A program made the translations under genes and the position numbers. Under the pieces are notes generated by a model that saw only the letters and a list, made by a program, of their open reading frames with translations, was not told the origin of the DNA and ran no database searches. This document shows, piece after piece, positions 10,625 to 22,135 of a stretch of DNA of 64,000 nucleotides; position 1 is the first letter of the stretch; every line of letters starts with the position of its first letter. Origin of the DNA: an uncultured Aliarcobacter sp. (GTDB lineage: Bacteria; Campylobacterota; Campylobacteria; Campylobacterales; Arcobacteraceae); assembly GCA_963664305.2 (NCBI GenBank), contig CAXXLV010000002.1, forward strand, positions 32,001 to 96,000. The letters run 5' to 3'.

Positions 10625-11209
10625 ATGAGTTATATACCATATGTAGTTGAAAAAACAGGAAGAGGTGAAAGAAGTTACGATATTTATTCAAGACTTCTTA
10701 AAGATAGAATTATTATGTTAAGTGGAGAAATAAATGATGCAGTAGCATCAACAGTTGTTGCTCAATTACTTTTCTTAGAAGCTGAAGATCCAGATAAAGA
10801 TATCTATTTATATATCAACTCTCCAGGTGGAGTAATTACAAGTGGTATGTCAATTTATGATACTATGAATTATATTAAACCTGATGTTTGTACTATTTGT
10901 ATAGGACAAGCTGCTTCTATGGGAGCATTTTTATTAAGTTCTGGAACAAAAGGTAAAAGATACTCTTTACCAAATTCTAGAATTATGATTCACCAACCAT
11001 TAGGTGGAGCACAAGGTCAAGCAACAGATATTCAAATTCAAGCAAAAGAGATTCAAAGAATGAAAGATTCTTTAAACTCTATCATTGCTGAACAAACTGG
11101 ACAGCCATTAGAAATTATCGAAAAAGATACAGATAGAGATAATTTTATGAGTGCAGAACAAGCATGCACTTATGGTTTAATTGACGAAGTTATAGCAAAA
11201 CATAAATAA
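10625..11209 (+). CDS. clpP: ATP-dependent Clp protease proteolytic subunit
   Basis: [30 protein letters not shown]. Confidence 0.98.
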   Translation: MSYIPYVVEKTGRGERSYDIYSRLLKDRIIMLSGEINDAVASTVVAQLLFLEAEDPDKDIYLYINSPGGVITSGMSIYDTMNYIKPDVCTICIGQAASMGAFLLSSGTKGKRYSLPNSRIMIHQPLGGAQGQATDIQIQAKEIQRMKDSLNSIIAEQTGQPLEIIEKDTDRDNFMSAEQACTYGLIDEVIAKHK

Positions 11210-11220
11210 GAAAGTTATTG

Positions 11221-11736
11221 ATGATTAGAGAAGTTATAACTTATCCAAATAAATTACTTCGATTAAAATCTAAAGATGTAGAGAAGTTCGATAATGAACT
11301 TCATACTCTTTTAGATGATATGTATGAAACAATGATTGCTCAAAATGGAGTAGGGTTAGCAGCAATTCAAGTTGCAATTCCATTAAATGTTTTAATCATT
11401 AATCTTCCAAACGAAGAAGATATTCAAGATAAAGAACAGTTAATAGAAGCAATCAATCCTGTTATTACACATAAAGATGGAACTCAAGTTTTCACAGAAG
11501 GGTGTTTGAGTGTTCCCGGATTTAGTGAAGATGTAACAAGAGCACAACATATTATTGTTGAATATTGTAATAGATTTGGTGAAAAAGAAAAAATGGAATG
11601 TGAAGGTTTTTTAGCAGTTGCATGGCAACATGAAATGGAACATTTAGCAGGACATTTATTTATTGAAAATTTATCTATTCTTAAAAGAAAAAAATTCGAA
11701 AAAGAGTGGAAAAAGAAGATAAAAGATAAAAGATAA
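11221..11736 (+). CDS. def: Peptide deformylase
   Basis: GVGLAAIQ, EGCLSVP, QHEMEHL. Confidence 0.96.
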   Translation: MIREVITYPNKLLRLKSKDVEKFDNELHTLLDDMYETMIAQNGVGLAAIQVAIPLNVLIINLPNEEDIQDKEQLIEAINPVITHKDGTQVFTEGCLSVPGFSEDVTRAQHIIVEYCNRFGEKEKMECEGFLAVAWQHEMEHLAGHLFIENLSILKRKKFEKEWKKKIKDKR

Positions 11737-11744
11737 AATATCTT

Positions 11745-12125
11745 TTATCCCTCTATACCCTTACTTAAAATATTTATTATTAGAGCAAATATAAGGCTAT
11801 TTGCTAAAATCCAAATTAACCAAAAAAATATCTTCTCAAATTTTGTGAAGAATATTTCTTTAAATGAAATAGGGCAAGATTTTATTGCTAAATAAAAAAA
11901 TACTGCTATACCAATAATCATTGTATATTTATTTAATTGTGCAAATATAATAGTAATAAAAGAGATAAAAGGTATAAATACTGTTAATGCAAAGAATTTT
12001 GCATATTTTTTTCTTTTTATATCTCCATTAAAATATCCTACTGTATAACCACAATTTGGGCAAATAGTTCCCATTCTTGTTAGAATTTCATGATTACATT
12101 CCGGACAATTCATTGTTGATGACAT
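11745..12125 (-). CDS. Zinc-ribbon membrane protein
   Basis: CPECxH...CPNCG followed by three hydrophobic segments. Confidence 0.65.
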   Translation of the reverse strand: MSSTMNCPECNHEILTRMGTICPNCGYTVGYFNGDIKRKKYAKFFALTVFIPFISFITIIFAQLNKYTMIIGIAVFFYLAIKSCPISFKEIFFTKFEKIFFWLIWILANSLIFALIINILSKGIEG

Positions 12126-12184
12126 ATAATAATTCCTAGATTTTTTCCGTATTATATCAAGAGAAGATAAAATCTATATTTACC

Positions 12185-12577
12185 TTATTGTTTATTCCAA
12201 GTTTCATAAAGTTTAGTAGCTTCTTCAATTTCTTTTGTTGAAGCTTTTCTTCTACAAGAGATATAACCTAACTCTCCTTTATAATTTTCAAATGGATAAA
12301 CAGTTGCAAATACCCAATAAAATCCACCATTTTTTGTTGCATTTTTTACATAACCTGTCCAGACATCTCCTTTTTTTACTGTTTCCCAAAGAGATTTAAA
12401 TGCAAGTTTTGGCATATCTTTATGTCTAACAAGATTATGAGGTTTTCCCATCATTTCTTCAAGTGAATAACCTGCTATTTTACAAAAATCATCATTTGCA
12501 AAAAGAATATTACCCTTAGAATCAGTTTCACTAACTAAAAATGCATAATCATCTAATAGATACTCTTTTTCTTTCAT
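12185..12577 (-). CDS. Stand-alone PAS domain protein (Aer/CetB-like)
   Basis: SETDSKGNILFANDDF, PHNLVRHKDMP, GYVKNATKNGGFYWV. Confidence 0.85.
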   Translation of the reverse strand: MKEKEYLLDDYAFLVSETDSKGNILFANDDFCKIAGYSLEEMMGKPHNLVRHKDMPKLAFKSLWETVKKGDVWTGYVKNATKNGGFYWVFATVYPFENYKGELGYISCRRKASTKEIEEATKLYETWNKQ

Positions 12578-12589
12578 AATAAATCCTTT

Positions 12590-14368
12590 TTAATTAAATT
12601 TCTTTGTTTTTGCATCAAGAACTAAATTTTGAGCCATTGTTGAAACATCAGATGCAATAGATGTTATTTGTGTAGCTTCATTTGCATTTTCTTGAGTTAC
12701 TTTATCAAGCATTGAAATAGTGTCATTAATTTGTTCTATTCCACTCATTTGTTCTTTCGCAGCAGTACTTACATCATGAATAATTGAGATAGTTTCACTT
12801 ATATGATTATTTAGTATTTCATAACCATTTATCATTTTTGATGATATCTCTTTTCCTTCATTTGCTTTAGAATGAGCCTCTTCAACCAAATGTTTAATTT
12901 CTCGTGCTGCTTCTGCACTTCTTGAAGCTAAATTTCTTACTTCTTGGGCAACAACTGCAAATCCTTTCCCAACTTCTCCTGCAGTTGCTGCTTCAACGGC
13001 TGCATTTAACGAAAGAATATTTGTTTGAAATGCTATTTGGTCAATTACTATTATTGCTTCATTAATTGCATTAACTTTATCATTTATCTCTTCCATTGAT
13101 ATTGCTGTTTTTGAAGCTAGTTCTTGACCTAAATGAACAGCTGATTTTACAGTTTCACCTAAAGTTGTCATTTTTTGTGCATTTTGTGTATTACTTCTTG
13201 TAATTGAAGTAATTTCTTCAACTGAAGCAGCCGTTTCTTCTAAAGTAGTTGCTTGTTCATTTGCTTTTGCTGCTAGATTAAGCATTGATGATTTCATAAT
13301 TGAAGAATTATTTTCAAGTATTTGACCATTTTCAAGATTTTGTTTTGAAACTTCTGCCAAAGTTTTTCCTAAAATATTTACTCCTTCCATTACAGCAAGT
13401 AATCTTGCCTTCATTTTTGAAGGAATTTCTATTTTATCTGTGAAGTCATTATTTGTGTAAGAGGTAACAACTTTTTGTAACTCTTTCATACTATCTTCTA
13501 AAGATGTTAAAGCTTGATTGATAGTATTTCTAAGTGTTCTAATCATTGGATTATTAGTATCAGATTTTATTCTACATCTAAAAATACCTTGTTGTACTTT
13601 ATCCATAGTTAAAACTATTTCTCCAATAACTTTCATGTCATCTTTTAATTTTTTATCAAATTCATCAACAACACTATTTATTTGATTTATCATAGATGAA
13701 AATTCATTGTTATTATTTGTATTAACTTTTGTAATTCTATTTTGTTTAAAAGTAATAAAATTTAAAAATTCAGCAAAATAATTATTGAAATCTTTAATAT
13801 TTTTATCAATTGATTTTAAAAGTTTAAATGACAAAATACCAATTATAAAAATAAAAGCCATACCTAATATGACTATATTTTGTATGAAATGTTGAAAAAT
13901 ATCTTCTAAAAAATCACTTTCATCTATTGAAGAGATTATTATAATATCTGAATTAGCTAGGAATTTATATGATATTATTTTATTTTTTCCTTCATATGCG
14001 TAAGAAAGATTTCCCTCTTTTTTATTTGAATAAATCTCTTTGAAAAATGATTCATTTGAAATATTTTTATTTTCAAGATTTGGATGAATTAAAATATTTC
14101 CTTTTAAATCAATGAAATAAATATATCCTTTTTCACCAATTTTTACATTTTTTATAAAATTTTTAAACTCTACTTTTTCAAAAAAATTATCATCATTTTT
14201 TGAAAATAAAAGGGAACTTTCATATATTGTATTTGTTACAGATTCGAGATTTATGAGTACAGTTTTTTTTACATCATCTTTTGCAGTGATAAAAGAAATA
14301 ATAATTAGTATTATAAAGCTTGATAGTGTAATTAAATTATTTGTAATAATATTTTGTCTTAAATTCAT
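12590..14368 (-). CDS. Methyl-accepting chemotaxis protein with a Cache-like sensor domain
   Basis: Two TM segments, GYIYFID..HP Cache motif, IAFQTNILSLNAAVEAATAGEVGKGFAVVAQEVRNLA. Confidence 0.92.
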   Translation of the reverse strand: MNLRQNIITNNLITLSSFIILIIISFITAKDDVKKTVLINLESVTNTIYESSLLFSKNDDNFFEKVEFKNFIKNVKIGEKGYIYFIDLKGNILIHPNLENKNISNESFFKEIYSNKKEGNLSYAYEGKNKIISYKFLANSDIIIISSIDESDFLEDIFQHFIQNIVILGMAFIFIIGILSFKLLKSIDKNIKDFNNYFAEFLNFITFKQNRITKVNTNNNNEFSSMINQINSVVDEFDKKLKDDMKVIGEIVLTMDKVQQGIFRCRIKSDTNNPMIRTLRNTINQALTSLEDSMKELQKVVTSYTNNDFTDKIEIPSKMKARLLAVMEGVNILGKTLAEVSKQNLENGQILENNSSIMKSSMLNLAAKANEQATTLEETAASVEEITSITRSNTQNAQKMTTLGETVKSAVHLGQELASKTAISMEEINDKVNAINEAIIVIDQIAFQTNILSLNAAVEAATAGEVGKGFAVVAQEVRNLASRSAEAAREIKHLVEEAHSKANEGKEISSKMINGYEILNNHISETISIIHDVSTAAKEQMSGIEQINDTISMLDKVTQENANEATQITSIASDVSTMAQNLVLDAKTKKFN

Positions 14369-14505
14369 AAAAAATCCCTTTTTTTAATGTGTTAAATTTT
14401 TCGAATTATAGAAAAAAAAATGTATTTCAAAAATAATTAACATAATAAAAATTAATCAATTTTTTAATATAATCAAAAAAATTATTAATTAAAAAGAATA
14501 TTGAT

Positions 14506-16017
14506 ATGAAAATTATAAAATCTGCTTCATTTGATACAATTGATGCTATATCAATCGATGTTGAATCAACTTTTACCAAGGGATTACCTACATTTACTAT
14601 TGTTGGAATGATTAGTAATAGTATTAATGAATCTAAAGACAGAGTCAAATCTGCATTATTAATCAATGGTTTTAAATTTCCTCCACTAAAAATTACTGTA
14701 AATTTATCCCCTTCAGAAATTTCAAAAAAAGGCACACATTTTGATTTATCCATTGCTTTACAAATTGCATTTTTTGATGATAAAAATATTAATTTTGATG
14801 ATTTTTATTTCTTTGGAGAATTGGCACTTGATGGTACAATCAAAGATACTACACTTATTTTTCCAATAGTTTTATCTTTAGTAAAAAAAGGAGAAATTAA
14901 AAAAGTAGTTGTTTGTGAAGAGAGCGCAAAAAAATTAGTAAATATACCAAATTTAGATGTTTACAAAATAAAAAATTTAAATGAAGCTATAGATTTTATT
15001 AAAAGTGATAGAAAAGAGATTTTTTTGTATGAAAGAAAAGAGATAAAATATAAAACTTTAGAAATTTTTAATGAAAAATATTTTTATGACACAAATTATA
15101 TTGATGATTTTTGTGATGTTTTAGGACAAGATATGGCTAAATATGCTGCGATGATTTGTGCAGCAGGAAATCATAATTTGATTATGGAGGGAAGTCCTGG
15201 TTGTGGAAAATCTATGATTTCAAAAAGAGTTCAATATATAATGCCTCCAATGAGTTTAGAAGAAATTTTAGAAAAAGCTAAACTTCAAGCTTTGGACTTT
15301 AAAGATGTAAATTTTTCACCTATAAGGGCTTTTAGGTCTCCTCATCATAGCGCAACAAAATCTTCTATATTTGGAGGAGGTAGCTCAAATGCAAAGATGG
15401 GAGAAATTGCTTTAAGTAATAATGGTATTCTATTTTTTGATGAATTACCTCATTTCTCAAAATCTGTTTTAGAAGCATTAAGAGAACCACTTGAAGATAA
15501 TAAAATTTTAATTTCAAGAGTAAATAATAAGATTTTATATGAAACAAAATTTACTTTTATTTCTGCGATGAATCCATGTCCTTGTGGTAATTTACTTTCA
15601 AGTGTAAAAGAGTGTAGATGTAATGAACTTGAAATTCAAAGATATAAAGGCCGTTTGAGTGAACCATTTTTAGACAGGATAGATTTATATCTTGTGATGA
15701 ATGATAGTTTTAATGATTCAAAAAATATAGTAACATCAAAAGAGTTACATGAAAATGTTATCAAAGCTTTTATAAAACAAAAACAAAGAGGTCAGAAAGA
15801 ATTAAATGGAAAATTAAGTGATGAAGAAATAAAAAAATATTGTATTTTAGATGATGAGAGTCAATTGATTTTAGAAAAAGCAAGAATAAATTATCAACTA
15901 TCATTTAGAAGTTTAAATAAAGTTTTAAAAGTTGCTAGAACTATTGCAGATTTAAACGATAAGGATATTATTACAAAAAATGAATTATTACAAAGTTTGA
16001 ATTTTCGAAGAAGATAA
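14506..16017 (+). CDS. YifB/ComM family Mg-chelatase-like AAA ATPase
   Basis: GSPGCGKSM, FRSPHHS, LFFDELP, AMNPCPCG. Confidence 0.9.
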   Translation: MKIIKSASFDTIDAISIDVESTFTKGLPTFTIVGMISNSINESKDRVKSALLINGFKFPPLKITVNLSPSEISKKGTHFDLSIALQIAFFDDKNINFDDFYFFGELALDGTIKDTTLIFPIVLSLVKKGEIKKVVVCEESAKKLVNIPNLDVYKIKNLNEAIDFIKSDRKEIFLYERKEIKYKTLEIFNEKYFYDTNYIDDFCDVLGQDMAKYAAMICAAGNHNLIMEGSPGCGKSMISKRVQYIMPPMSLEEILEKAKLQALDFKDVNFSPIRAFRSPHHSATKSSIFGGGSSNAKMGEIALSNNGILFFDELPHFSKSVLEALREPLEDNKILISRVNNKILYETKFTFISAMNPCPCGNLLSSVKECRCNELEIQRYKGRLSEPFLDRIDLYLVMNDSFNDSKNIVTSKELHENVIKAFIKQKQRGQKELNGKLSDEEIKKYCILDDESQLILEKARINYQLSFRSLNKVLKVARTIADLNDKDIITKNELLQSLNFRRR

Positions 16018-16089
16018 AAATACTATTTAAAGCCCTTTGGAGTAAAAATATGTTAAAATCATGGTAATTTATAAATCTAAAGGTAAATA

Positions 16090-16974
16090 ATGACAAAATG
16101 TGGATATGTTTCAGTTGTAGGTCGTCCTAATGCTGGAAAAAGTTCTCTTTTAAATTGGCTTGTTGGTGAAAAAATTGCAATGGTATCACACAAAGCAAAT
16201 GCTACAAGAAAAAGATCAAATATAATAGTAATGCACAATAGTGATCAAATTATATTTGTAGATACTCCAGGAATCCATGAAACGGAAAAACTTTTAAATC
16301 AATTTATGCTTGAAGAAGCTTTAAAAGCTATGGGTGATTGTGATTTAATTTTATATTTAGCTCCTGTTACTGACAAAATTTCTTATTATGAAGATTTTTT
16401 AGAAAAGAATAAAAAAGGAATAAAACATATTTTATTGTTAACAAAAATTGATTTTGTAAATAATGAGCAAATTATCGAAAAAATGAAAGAGTATGAGCAA
16501 TATAGCGACAAATATGAGTGTATTATTCCTGTATCTATAAAAAAACAAACAAAACAATCTGATATATTAAATAATGTAGTTAAATATTTACCTGTTCATC
16601 CATATTTATTTGACCCTGAAATTATTACAACTGAACATTTAAGAGATATTTTTAAAGAATTCATTAGAGAATCTATTTTTGAAAACATTAGTGATGAAAT
16701 ACCTTATGAAACTGATGTTATGATAAATAAAGTTGAAGAAAAAAGTAATGTTGATGTAATTAAAGCAACAATTATTGTACAAAAAGATACTCAAAAAGGT
16801 ATGATTATTGGAAAAGGCGCTACTGCTATAAAAAGAATTGGAAGAGATGCTAGGGTTAAAATAGAAAAATTAACTGGTAAAAAATGTTATCTTGAACTTT
16901 TTGTATCAATTAAAAAAGGTTGGACAAAAAATAAAGATGGATTAAAAGAGTTAGGATACGATATAAATTCTTAA
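16090..16974 (+). CDS. era: GTPase Era
   Basis: GRPNAGKSS, DTPG, TKID, KH domain (IIGKG). Confidence 0.95.
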   Translation: MTKCGYVSVVGRPNAGKSSLLNWLVGEKIAMVSHKANATRKRSNIIVMHNSDQIIFVDTPGIHETEKLLNQFMLEEALKAMGDCDLILYLAPVTDKISYYEDFLEKNKKGIKHILLLTKIDFVNNEQIIEKMKEYEQYSDKYECIIPVSIKKQTKQSDILNNVVKYLPVHPYLFDPEIITTEHLRDIFKEFIRESIFENISDEIPYETDVMINKVEEKSNVDVIKATIIVQKDTQKGMIIGKGATAIKRIGRDARVKIEKLTGKKCYLELFVSIKKGWTKNKDGLKELGYDINS

Positions 16975-17065
16975 AAAGATTATTAAATAATAATATATTT
17001 TATTATCATTAAGCTTGATTTTTATATACTTTATAACTTAAAAAGTTATAAAAAGAGAGCTTTAG

Positions 17066-17947
17066 ATGATAGTTTATTCTCCTTTAAATCAACAAAATTT
17101 TCTAGAAATAGAAGTAACTGAACAAATCAAAGAAAAAAATCTAAAAAAATTTATAAATACATCACTAAAATTCAATAATATAAATATTGAAAAAAGAGAT
17201 AAAGTTTTTGTATCTTATGTAAAAGAGTTGAATTTATATCAATTTTTTATTTTAGAAAACTCTTATAAATATTTTGAATTTCAAATTTTTGAGCTTTTTT
17301 ATAAAGATGAGATTAAAACAAAATTTGATTTATATGTATGTGAAGATTTTTTTTGTTTATATAAAAATCGCTCTTTTTACTATTTCCAAAGATTTAATTT
17401 AAATTTACCGATAGAAGAATTTATAGAGTTTTTGAATAAAAAATTTTCTATACAAATAGAAAATTATAAAATACTTGATAAAAATAAATTAGAAGAATTA
17501 AAAGTTGAATACTCTAAAAATAATATAAAATCAGATATAAAAGTTATAAATCTAAAGTATAGTTTTGGATTCTATTTTTATATCTTTTATCTGATTCTTT
17601 TTGTAATATTTTTTTATTTTATATATTTAGAAAAATCAACTATAAACAACTCTCAATTAATATCTAATAATTTAATTTCATCAAAACAATTTGAAAATGA
17701 GTATAAATTTGTTAGTTTTTATGAAAAATCTGATTTATTATTAAAAGAAATAAAATCAAATAATTTAGATTTAATTTCTTTTGAATTTAGAGAAAATAGT
17801 TCTAAAATAGTTTTAAATTCAAACTCAAAAGAAAAAATTTACTCTTTTTTAGAAAAGAATAAAAAATATTTACTTTCATCATCACTTAATTTTATTGAAA
17901 ATAAAAATCTTTATGAAGCAGTTATTCATGTTAAATTATCTGAATAA
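17066..17947 (+). CDS. Membrane protein, probable PilN/GspL-like assembly component
   Basis: Single central TM; first gene of the cluster containing GspE/GspF homologues. Function inferred from context. Confidence 0.45.
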   Translation: MIVYSPLNQQNFLEIEVTEQIKEKNLKKFINTSLKFNNINIEKRDKVFVSYVKELNLYQFFILENSYKYFEFQIFELFYKDEIKTKFDLYVCEDFFCLYKNRSFYYFQRFNLNLPIEEFIEFLNKKFSIQIENYKILDKNKLEELKVEYSKNNIKSDIKVINLKYSFGFYFYIFYLILFVIFFYFIYLEKSTINNSQLISNNLISSKQFENEYKFVSFYEKSDLLLKEIKSNNLDLISFEFRENSSKIVLNSNSKEKIYSFLEKNKKYLLSSSLNFIENKNLYEAVIHVKLSE

Positions 17948-18608
17948 TAAATTTTTAAATAGTTCAAGAAAAACAAAAATTGAATTATATGTTTTGCCTT
18001 TATTTGTTTTTGTATTTTTATATTTTTCTTTTATTGAAAATAGCACAAAAGAAAAATTAGAAATTTCTTCTAAAACAAATTTCTCAAATTACGAAAATAA
18101 AAAATTTAATGGTTCATTTTCAGAGTTGTTTTCTATATTTGAAGAACTTGCAAATAAAAACAATATCTCAATTTTTACAAATGAAAGGATTGAAAAACAA
18201 ATTTTATTAAAAGGAAAAGGGATAAAAGAATCTATTTTAGAATTTATAAATGAGATTGAAAATATAAATAATTTTACAAAAATAGATTCTTTGATTTTAT
18301 CTAAAGATGAAAATAATGAGTATAAATTTAATCTAAAAATCGATTTAAATAAGTTTTATATAAAGAGTTTGAAAAGCGTTGAAAATAAAAAATATAAGGT
18401 AGAAAAAATTGATAAAAAAATAGATTTTAAAATAAATGCAATTATTGCTGAATATGCTTTGATAAATGAAAAGTGGATTAAAGAAAATGAAAAGATAGAA
18501 AATTACGTAGTAGTAAAAATAGAAAAAAATTTTGTGTTACTTAAAAATGAATTTGAAGAGATTAAATTGGAGTTACATGATGAAAAGTATATTGAAAAAT
18601 TTAATTGA
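17928..18608 (+). CDS. Membrane-anchored protein, probable PilO/GspM-like
   Basis: N-terminal TM, overlaps both neighbours. Function inferred from context. Confidence 0.45.
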   Translation: MLNYLNNKFLNSSRKTKIELYVLPLFVFVFLYFSFIENSTKEKLEISSKTNFSNYENKKFNGSFSELFSIFEELANKNNISIFTNERIEKQILLKGKGIKESILEFINEIENINNFTKIDSLILSKDENNEYKFNLKIDLNKFYIKSLKSVENKKYKVEKIDKKIDFKINAIIAEYALINEKWIKENEKIENYVVVKIEKNFVLLKNEFEEIKLELHDEKYIEKFN

Positions 18609-19941
18609 TTATTCTTTATTTGAAAAATATGATAAAGAGTATTTTGTAAAAAATAAAATTGTGCCTATTTTTGAAGATAATATCTATTTAAAAGTTGCAA
18701 TCTGTAAAAATTCAAATCTTAATAGTATAAAGGATGATTTTACAAAATTAATAAGTTTTGAAGAGATAAATGAACTTGAATTACTTTTTATTTTATCCAA
18801 TTTAAACAGAAAAATTTCTCTTTATTCCCTTGCAAAAAAGTCTATATTTCAAAATAGTCTAGAGAAATATGTAAATAAATTTTTAGATGAATTATTGTCA
18901 TTTTCCATTGAAGTTCGAGCGAGTGATATACATATTGAAAAATATAAAAATTTAGTTATTTTTAAATTTAGAGTCGATGGGAAGTTAAAAACTTTTTTTA
19001 CATTTCAAAGTGAATTCTTTAAATTTATATCTTCATATATAAAACTTATTTCTAATCTTGATATGACACAAATACGTTTACCTTTAGATGGTAGATTTTC
19101 TTTAAATATTGAAGATAAAAAATATGATTTTAGAGTTTCAACTATGCCAACACTTGAAGCTGAATCAATAGTTTTAAGAATATTAGATAATAAAAATATA
19201 AATAAAAATTTAGAAACTTTAGGTCTTTCTTTTCATTTATTAAAAATTTTAAAAGAGAGTTTGAAATTAACACAAGGATTAATACTAATTTCTGGACCAA
19301 CAGGAAGTGGGAAAACAACAACTTTATATTCAATTTTAAAAGAGTTTAACAGTGAAGAAAAAAAGATAATTACTGTTGAAGACCCAATCGAGTATAAAAT
19401 AGATTCTATTTGTCAAGTTCCTATAAATCAGAAAATTGGACTAAGTTTTGAAGTTGTATTAAAAAATATTTTAAGACAAGATCCAGATATTATATTTATT
19501 GGAGAAATAAGAGATAAATTTTCATTGGATATTGCTTTACAAGCTTCTTTGACAGGACATTTAGTAATTGCAAGTATTCATGCTAATTCAGCAATTGAAA
19601 CAATATCAAGATTGATTGATTTACAAGCTGATCCATTTTTAATTTCAACAACATTGAAGCTTATTATGGCACAAAGATTAGTATTAAATTATTGTAAATA
19701 TTGTGGTTCATTGGGCTGTGTAAAATGTAACTTTACAAGATTTTATGATAGGTCTTCAATTGCAGAGATTTTAAGAATTGATGAAGAAATTTCATCTTTG
19801 ATTTTTAAAAAAGCTTCAATTAAAGAGTTCAAAGAGTATTTAAAAAGTATAAATTTTAAAACTTTATTAGATGATGGCAAAAATAAAGTAAAAGAAAATT
19901 TAACATCACTGGAAGAAGTTTATAAGGTGGTTACTTATTAA
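18577..19941 (+). CDS. GspE/PulE/PilB family ATPase (CtsE-like)
   Basis: ASDIHIE, GPTGSGKTTT, TVEDPIEY, LRQDPDIIFIGEIRD, CxxC...CxxC. Confidence 0.92.
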   Translation: MMKSILKNLIDYSLFEKYDKEYFVKNKIVPIFEDNIYLKVAICKNSNLNSIKDDFTKLISFEEINELELLFILSNLNRKISLYSLAKKSIFQNSLEKYVNKFLDELLSFSIEVRASDIHIEKYKNLVIFKFRVDGKLKTFFTFQSEFFKFISSYIKLISNLDMTQIRLPLDGRFSLNIEDKKYDFRVSTMPTLEAESIVLRILDNKNINKNLETLGLSFHLLKILKESLKLTQGLILISGPTGSGKTTTLYSILKEFNSEEKKIITVEDPIEYKIDSICQVPINQKIGLSFEVVLKNILRQDPDIIFIGEIRDKFSLDIALQASLTGHLVIASIHANSAIETISRLIDLQADPFLISTTLKLIMAQRLVLNYCKYCGSLGCVKCNFTRFYDRSSIAEILRIDEEISSLIFKKASIKEFKEYLKSINFKTLLDDGKNKVKENLTSLEEVYKVVTY

Positions 19942-21131
19942 TGAAAAAATATAAAATCAAATGTCAACATGAAAAAGAAGTTGAAGAATTTATTTTAGAA
20001 ACTTTCAATTTATCCAATGAAAAATTACCTAAAAATATTATTGAAATAGAAGAGTGTAAAAAGAGCTATTTATTTGAATTTAAAAGGAAAAAAAGATTAG
20101 ATGAAAAAAAATTAAATCTGCTTTTTTATGAATTAAATTTGATGCTTCAATCAAATATAAATATTTCAGATGCCTTAGATATTTTGATAAAAAATAAAAA
20201 AGATAAAAATTTAATTGAATTTTTAACAGCAATAAAATTTTCTTTATCAAATGGAAAATCAATAGAAGAAAATCTAGAACAATTTAAAATAAATCAACTA
20301 ATAATATCTTTTTTTAGGATATCCCAAGAAAATGGAAATTTAGCTTTAAATATAAAAGCTTTAAGTAAATTATTAAATGAAACAATTGAAATTAAAAAAA
20401 GTTTTTATAAAGCAATTTCATATCCCATGATTTTGTTAATCAGTTTTTTTATCTCTTTATTTACAATCTTTAATTTTGTAATACCTAAATTTAAACTGCT
20501 TTTTACTCAAACACAAACTGAATTACCACTTGCAACAAAAATATTATTAGATATTCAATATTTTTTTGAAAATTACTCTTCTTATTTCTTTATTTTTTTA
20601 TCTTTTATTATACTTTTTATAATATATATTTATAAAAAAAGTGAAAAATTTAGATATCTTTTAGATAAGTTAATGATAAAAAAATTAGTTTTGATAAAAG
20701 ATATTTATTTAAATATGCAACTTTATAAACTCTTTTTAGTAATCGATATAATGCTAAAATCAAATTACGAATTTCATAAAGCATTCATTTCTTCAAAAAT
20801 TTTATTAAAAAACAAATATCTATTGGATAAAATATATATAATTGATAGTTTATTACAAAATGGAAAAAGTATCAATGACTCTTTTTTAAGAACACAAATA
20901 TTTGATGATATAGTTTTAAATCTAATAAATACAGGAGAAGTTTCTAACTCTTTGAGTATTACAATAGATGAAATAAAAAAGATTTATAAAAATAGATTTA
21001 ATGATAAAATGAATTTACTAATATCTTTAATCCAACCCACATTTTTAGTAATGATTATGGGATTAATTCTTTGGATAGTATTGGCAATTTTTATGCCTAT
21101 TTGGGATATGGAAAATATGATAAACATTTAA
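19941..21131 (+). CDS. Type II secretion system F / PilC family protein (CtsF-like)
   Basis: AISYP, TGEVSN, LIQP motifs and three TM segments. Confidence 0.88.
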   Translation: MKKYKIKCQHEKEVEEFILETFNLSNEKLPKNIIEIEECKKSYLFEFKRKKRLDEKKLNLLFYELNLMLQSNINISDALDILIKNKKDKNLIEFLTAIKFSLSNGKSIEENLEQFKINQLIISFFRISQENGNLALNIKALSKLLNETIEIKKSFYKAISYPMILLISFFISLFTIFNFVIPKFKLLFTQTQTELPLATKILLDIQYFFENYSSYFFIFLSFIILFIIYIYKKSEKFRYLLDKLMIKKLVLIKDIYLNMQLYKLFLVIDIMLKSNYEFHKAFISSKILLKNKYLLDKIYIIDSLLQNGKSINDSFLRTQIFDDIVLNLINTGEVSNSLSITIDEIKKIYKNRFNDKMNLLISLIQPTFLVMIMGLILWIVLAIFMPIWDMENMINI

Positions 21132-21143
21132 AAAGGAGTAACC

Positions 21144-22097
21144 TTGATTAATTGTTATGTAAAAAAAGGAAATAGACTTACTGTAATTGAAGGAATAGAA
21201 TTTCTAGATACTACAGAAGATAAAAATAGTGTAATTTGGATAGATATGCTTTTACCTACAATTGATGAGATAAGAGCAGTTGAAAACTTATTTGATATGA
21301 AATTTCCTACAAAACAAGAGAGTGAAGAGATTGAGCTGAGTTCGAGATATTGGGAAGAAAATAATAGAATAGAAATAAACAGTTACTTCTTGATAAATGA
21401 TAATAAATCAGCTTTCAATGAAACAGTATCTTTTATTTTACAAGGTGCACTTTTAATTTCTGTTAGATATAAAAAGTTAGAGAGTTTTAACACTTTTACT
21501 AAAAAACTTTTAATATCTCCTAGAGAATTTAAAACAGGTTATTCAATTTTTTGTCAAATTATTGATATTAGAATTGATGCTGATGCGGATACAATTGAGA
21601 ATTTATCTAAAGAGATTACAAAGATTAGAAAACACGTATTTACAGATTATTCAAATGATGATGAAGAGATTCTTGAAAAAATCTCTACTTTTGAAGATTT
21701 GAATATGAAAATTAGAGAGAATTTAACAGATAAACAAAGAATTTTAAACTCTTTATTGAAGTCTCAAAAATTTGTTGATGATAAAAATGAATTACCAATT
21801 ATGTTAAAAGATATTAAGTCGTTAATCGACCATACAAATTTTAATTTTGAAAGATTAGATTATTTACAAAATATCTTTATTGGTATTTTGAGTATTGAAC
21901 AAAATAAGGTTATAAAAATCTTTACTATTGTAAATGTTATATTTCTTCCACCTACATTGATAGCAAGTATTTATGGAATGAACTTTGAGTTTATACCTGA
22001 ACTTCATTGGGAATATGGATATGTCTTCTCAATAATATTTATGATAATTGCATCAATTACTCCAATTCTAATATTTAAAAAGAAGGGTTGGATTTAG
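21144..22097 (+). CDS. corA: Magnesium/cobalt transporter CorA
   Basis: [17 protein letters not shown] signature. Confidence 0.93.
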   Translation: MINCYVKKGNRLTVIEGIEFLDTTEDKNSVIWIDMLLPTIDEIRAVENLFDMKFPTKQESEEIELSSRYWEENNRIEINSYFLINDNKSAFNETVSFILQGALLISVRYKKLESFNTFTKKLLISPREFKTGYSIFCQIIDIRIDADADTIENLSKEITKIRKHVFTDYSNDDEEILEKISTFEDLNMKIRENLTDKQRILNSLLKSQKFVDDKNELPIMLKDIKSLIDHTNFNFERLDYLQNIFIGILSIEQNKVIKIFTIVNVIFLPPTLIASIYGMNFEFIPELHWEYGYVFSIIFMIIASITPILIFKKKGWI

Positions 22098-22135
22098 TAA
22101 ATTTTATTAAAAACAAGTTTAAAGGAAAAATTTTA

